Shown here piece by piece: positions 62,396-64,000 of a stretch of DNA of 64,000 nt (the stretch's first letter is position 1; every line of letters starts with the position of its first letter). The translations under genes and the position numbers were made by a program. The notes beneath the pieces were generated by a model. It saw only the letters and a list, made by a program, of their open reading frames with translations. It did not search any database and was not told where the DNA came from. Source of the DNA: Candidatus Marinacidobacterales bacterium (GTDB lineage: Bacteria > Acidobacteriota > Vicinamibacteria > Marinacidobacterales > SMYC01); the NCBI GenBank assembly GCA_965224085.1, contig CBDCYI010000005.1, positions 1,888,001 to 1,952,000 on the forward strand, read 5' to 3'.

Positions 62396-62977
62396 ATGGC
62401 GACAGCTGCAGAAACCATTGATCAGCGGCGCTTCACGGTAGAGGAATATCACCGGATGGCAGAGATGAGGATCTTCAAACCGGACGAGCGCGTCGAGCTC
62501 ATCCGTGGCGTGGTGCGACGCATGAGCCCGAAAAACTACGCTCACGTCGTCGCAGCCACGAAACTGTACCAGTCGCTCGTGAAATCCCTCGCCGGACGTG
62601 CGAGCGTCTTCAAGGAAGACCCGCTGAAACTCGTTCGTTTAGATTCGGAACCTGAGCAGGATATCCTCGCGGTTTCCAGCCCAAATATCGAGGACTACGG
62701 AACGGAGAGGTCTAGACCTCTGCTCGTCATCGAGGTCGCGGCGTCATCGCTTCGCTACGATTTGAACGCGAAAGCTCCGCTTTATGCCGAGGCGGACGTT
62801 CCCGAATATTGGATCGTGAACCTCGTTGGCCGCGAGCTCGTGGTCTTTCGCTCTCCGGAGGAAGGCGCCTATCGAGACCGCATCACCTACCGCGCCGAAG
62901 ATCGCGTCGCGCCGGAAGCTTGGCAAGATGTCGTGATCGAGGTCGGCGAGCTCTTTCCCGCCGAAGAGCCGTCCTGA
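62396..62977 (+). CDS. Uma2-family endonuclease
   Basis: GGAGG RBS; RRFTVEEYHRM, RVELIRG, SEPEQD, LLVIEVA, KAPLYA..VPEYWIVNL. Confidence 0.9.
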   Translation: MATAAETIDQRRFTVEEYHRMAEMRIFKPDERVELIRGVVRRMSPKNYAHVVAATKLYQSLVKSLAGRASVFKEDPLKLVRLDSEPEQDILAVSSPNIEDYGTERSRPLLVIEVAASSLRYDLNAKAPLYAEADVPEYWIVNLVGRELVVFRSPEEGAYRDRITYRAEDRVAPEAWQDVVIEVGELFPAEEPS

Positions 62978-63050
62978 AGCCTACGAGAACGTAGCCGGTC
63001 GGACTCTGGGCCAGGTACTTTCGACTGACACTCCCGGCCGAAGGCATTTT

Positions 63051-64000
63051 TCATGATATGGATTGATCGGGAACGAGGCTGAAGCCGAGTCGGGTAGCTT
63101 TGCGTCGGAGATTACTCAGGAGGCGTTGCTGGTATTGCCTTTCATAGGCGTCCTGACCGAGCTCAATGAACTCCTCTCCAGTCGCAAGCATGCGGAAGTA
63201 GATGGTCGCTATTTTACGGGCGGTAGCTGTGATGGCCTTTGGAGCACCTCGTCGCGATCGGATTCGTCGATAGAAAGCGCCGAGCGCGGTTTGGGTATTG
63301 CGGACAGCGCACGCGGCGAGGCGAAAGAGTTTTGCAGCACGACTGGAGCTCATTGGGGTTGCCCGGCGAAAGATTCGACCAGCGGACTCCTTATTATTCG
63401 GTGCGAGAGCTAGCCATGAGGTGAAGTGCTTGTCACTTTTCCACGGGCTCATGTCGCAACCGGTTTCTCCTACGAGCTGCAGAACGGCATAGCTACCTAA
63501 GCCGGGAACCCTGGTTAGGTCCACCCCCGTGAGTCCCAATAGAGACTCAGCGAGCGGAAAGCGCGGCCCGTTGCCGCTACGCGCTCGCCGTGTCCGTGGT
63601 TTCGGCTTAGGCCGAGCGTCCTGAGGCCGGGTCTCCAATTTGGACAGGCATCTCTCGATCCGCTTGTCACAGTCTTCCATTTTCTCTTGATAGAAATCGT
63701 ACAACTCCACCGACTGTTGAAGAGCGAAAACATGCTCGCTCCGATAGTTACCTTCTAAGGCTTTCGCGATCGTGGCCTCATCGTTGTGGCAACGTTCATG
63801 CCTCAGTTTTGCTAGGTCACGAGGATCTCGCTCTCCTCTCAAGATCGCTCGGATGATCGCAAGGCCGGTGACTCCGGTCACGTCGCGCAGGACGTGTTGT
63901 AGCTGGAGCCCCATTTGGTTGAGCGCTTTGTGCATATGCTGAATGTGGCGAGCCGCTGACTCCACCAGCGAGCTTCGTTGGCGGGTGTATGCCCTTAGCT
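63051..64000 (-). CDS. IS110-family transposase (runs off the window end)
   Basis: MHKALNQMGLQL, DVTGVTG, VPGLG, ETGCDMS.W..KHFTSWLALAP..ESAG, ALGAFYRR, AITATARK. Confidence 0.92.
   Translation of the reverse strand, partial: LRAYTRQRSSLVESAARHIQHMHKALNQMGLQLQHVLRDVTGVTGLAIIRAILRGERDPRDLAKLRHERCHNDEATIAKALEGNYRSEHVFALQQSVELYDFYQEKMEDCDKRIERCLSKLETRPQDARPKPKPRTRRARSGNGPRFPLAESLLGLTGVDLTRVPGLGSYAVLQLVGETGCDMSPWKSDKHFTSWLALAPNNKESAGRIFRRATPMSSSRAAKLFRLAACAVRNTQTALGAFYRRIRSRRGAPKAITATARKIATIYFRMLATGEEFIELGQDAYERQYQQRLLSNLRRKATRLGFSLVPDQSIS

Overview
This GC-rich bacterial window is an extreme mosaic. The gene content (DUF5916 and TonB outer-membrane proteins, Uma2 nucleases, M20 peptidase) suggests, by inference only, an Acidobacteriota-like host. 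About 15 intact metabolic or transport genes survive: a TonB receptor, a speA-speB-deoxyhypusine-synthase-like operon, amt plus a porin, pyk, an FAD oxidoreductase, an M20 peptidase and a TM0106 nuclease-helicase, among others. They sit as islands among more than 35 whole or fragmentary mobile elements: IS1, IS3, IS5/IS903, IS6, IS21, IS66, IS110, IS200, IS256, IS630, IS1634, ISNCY, rve/IS481-like elements, a group II intron and a large serine recombinase. Broken pieces of at least five defence systems are also present (type I-E Cascade, I-D-like Cas3', type III RM Res, DISARM DrmA, BREX BrxL). The most striking unannotated structure is a layered set of small non-coding elements. (i) A ~164-bp IS1-derived MITE sits at junctions between unrelated DNA and has no target duplication. 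(ii) A 188-189-bp element with TTAA|CCCT...AGGG|TTAA (piggyBac-like) ends occurs four times, always inside IS1-type ends or the MITE. (iii) Chimeric 140-250-bp mini-elements are built from mixed ends of rve-integrase elements. No rRNA, tRNA or CRISPR array was seen. Family calls come from motif recognition by eye, and assembly chimerism through repeats cannot be excluded.
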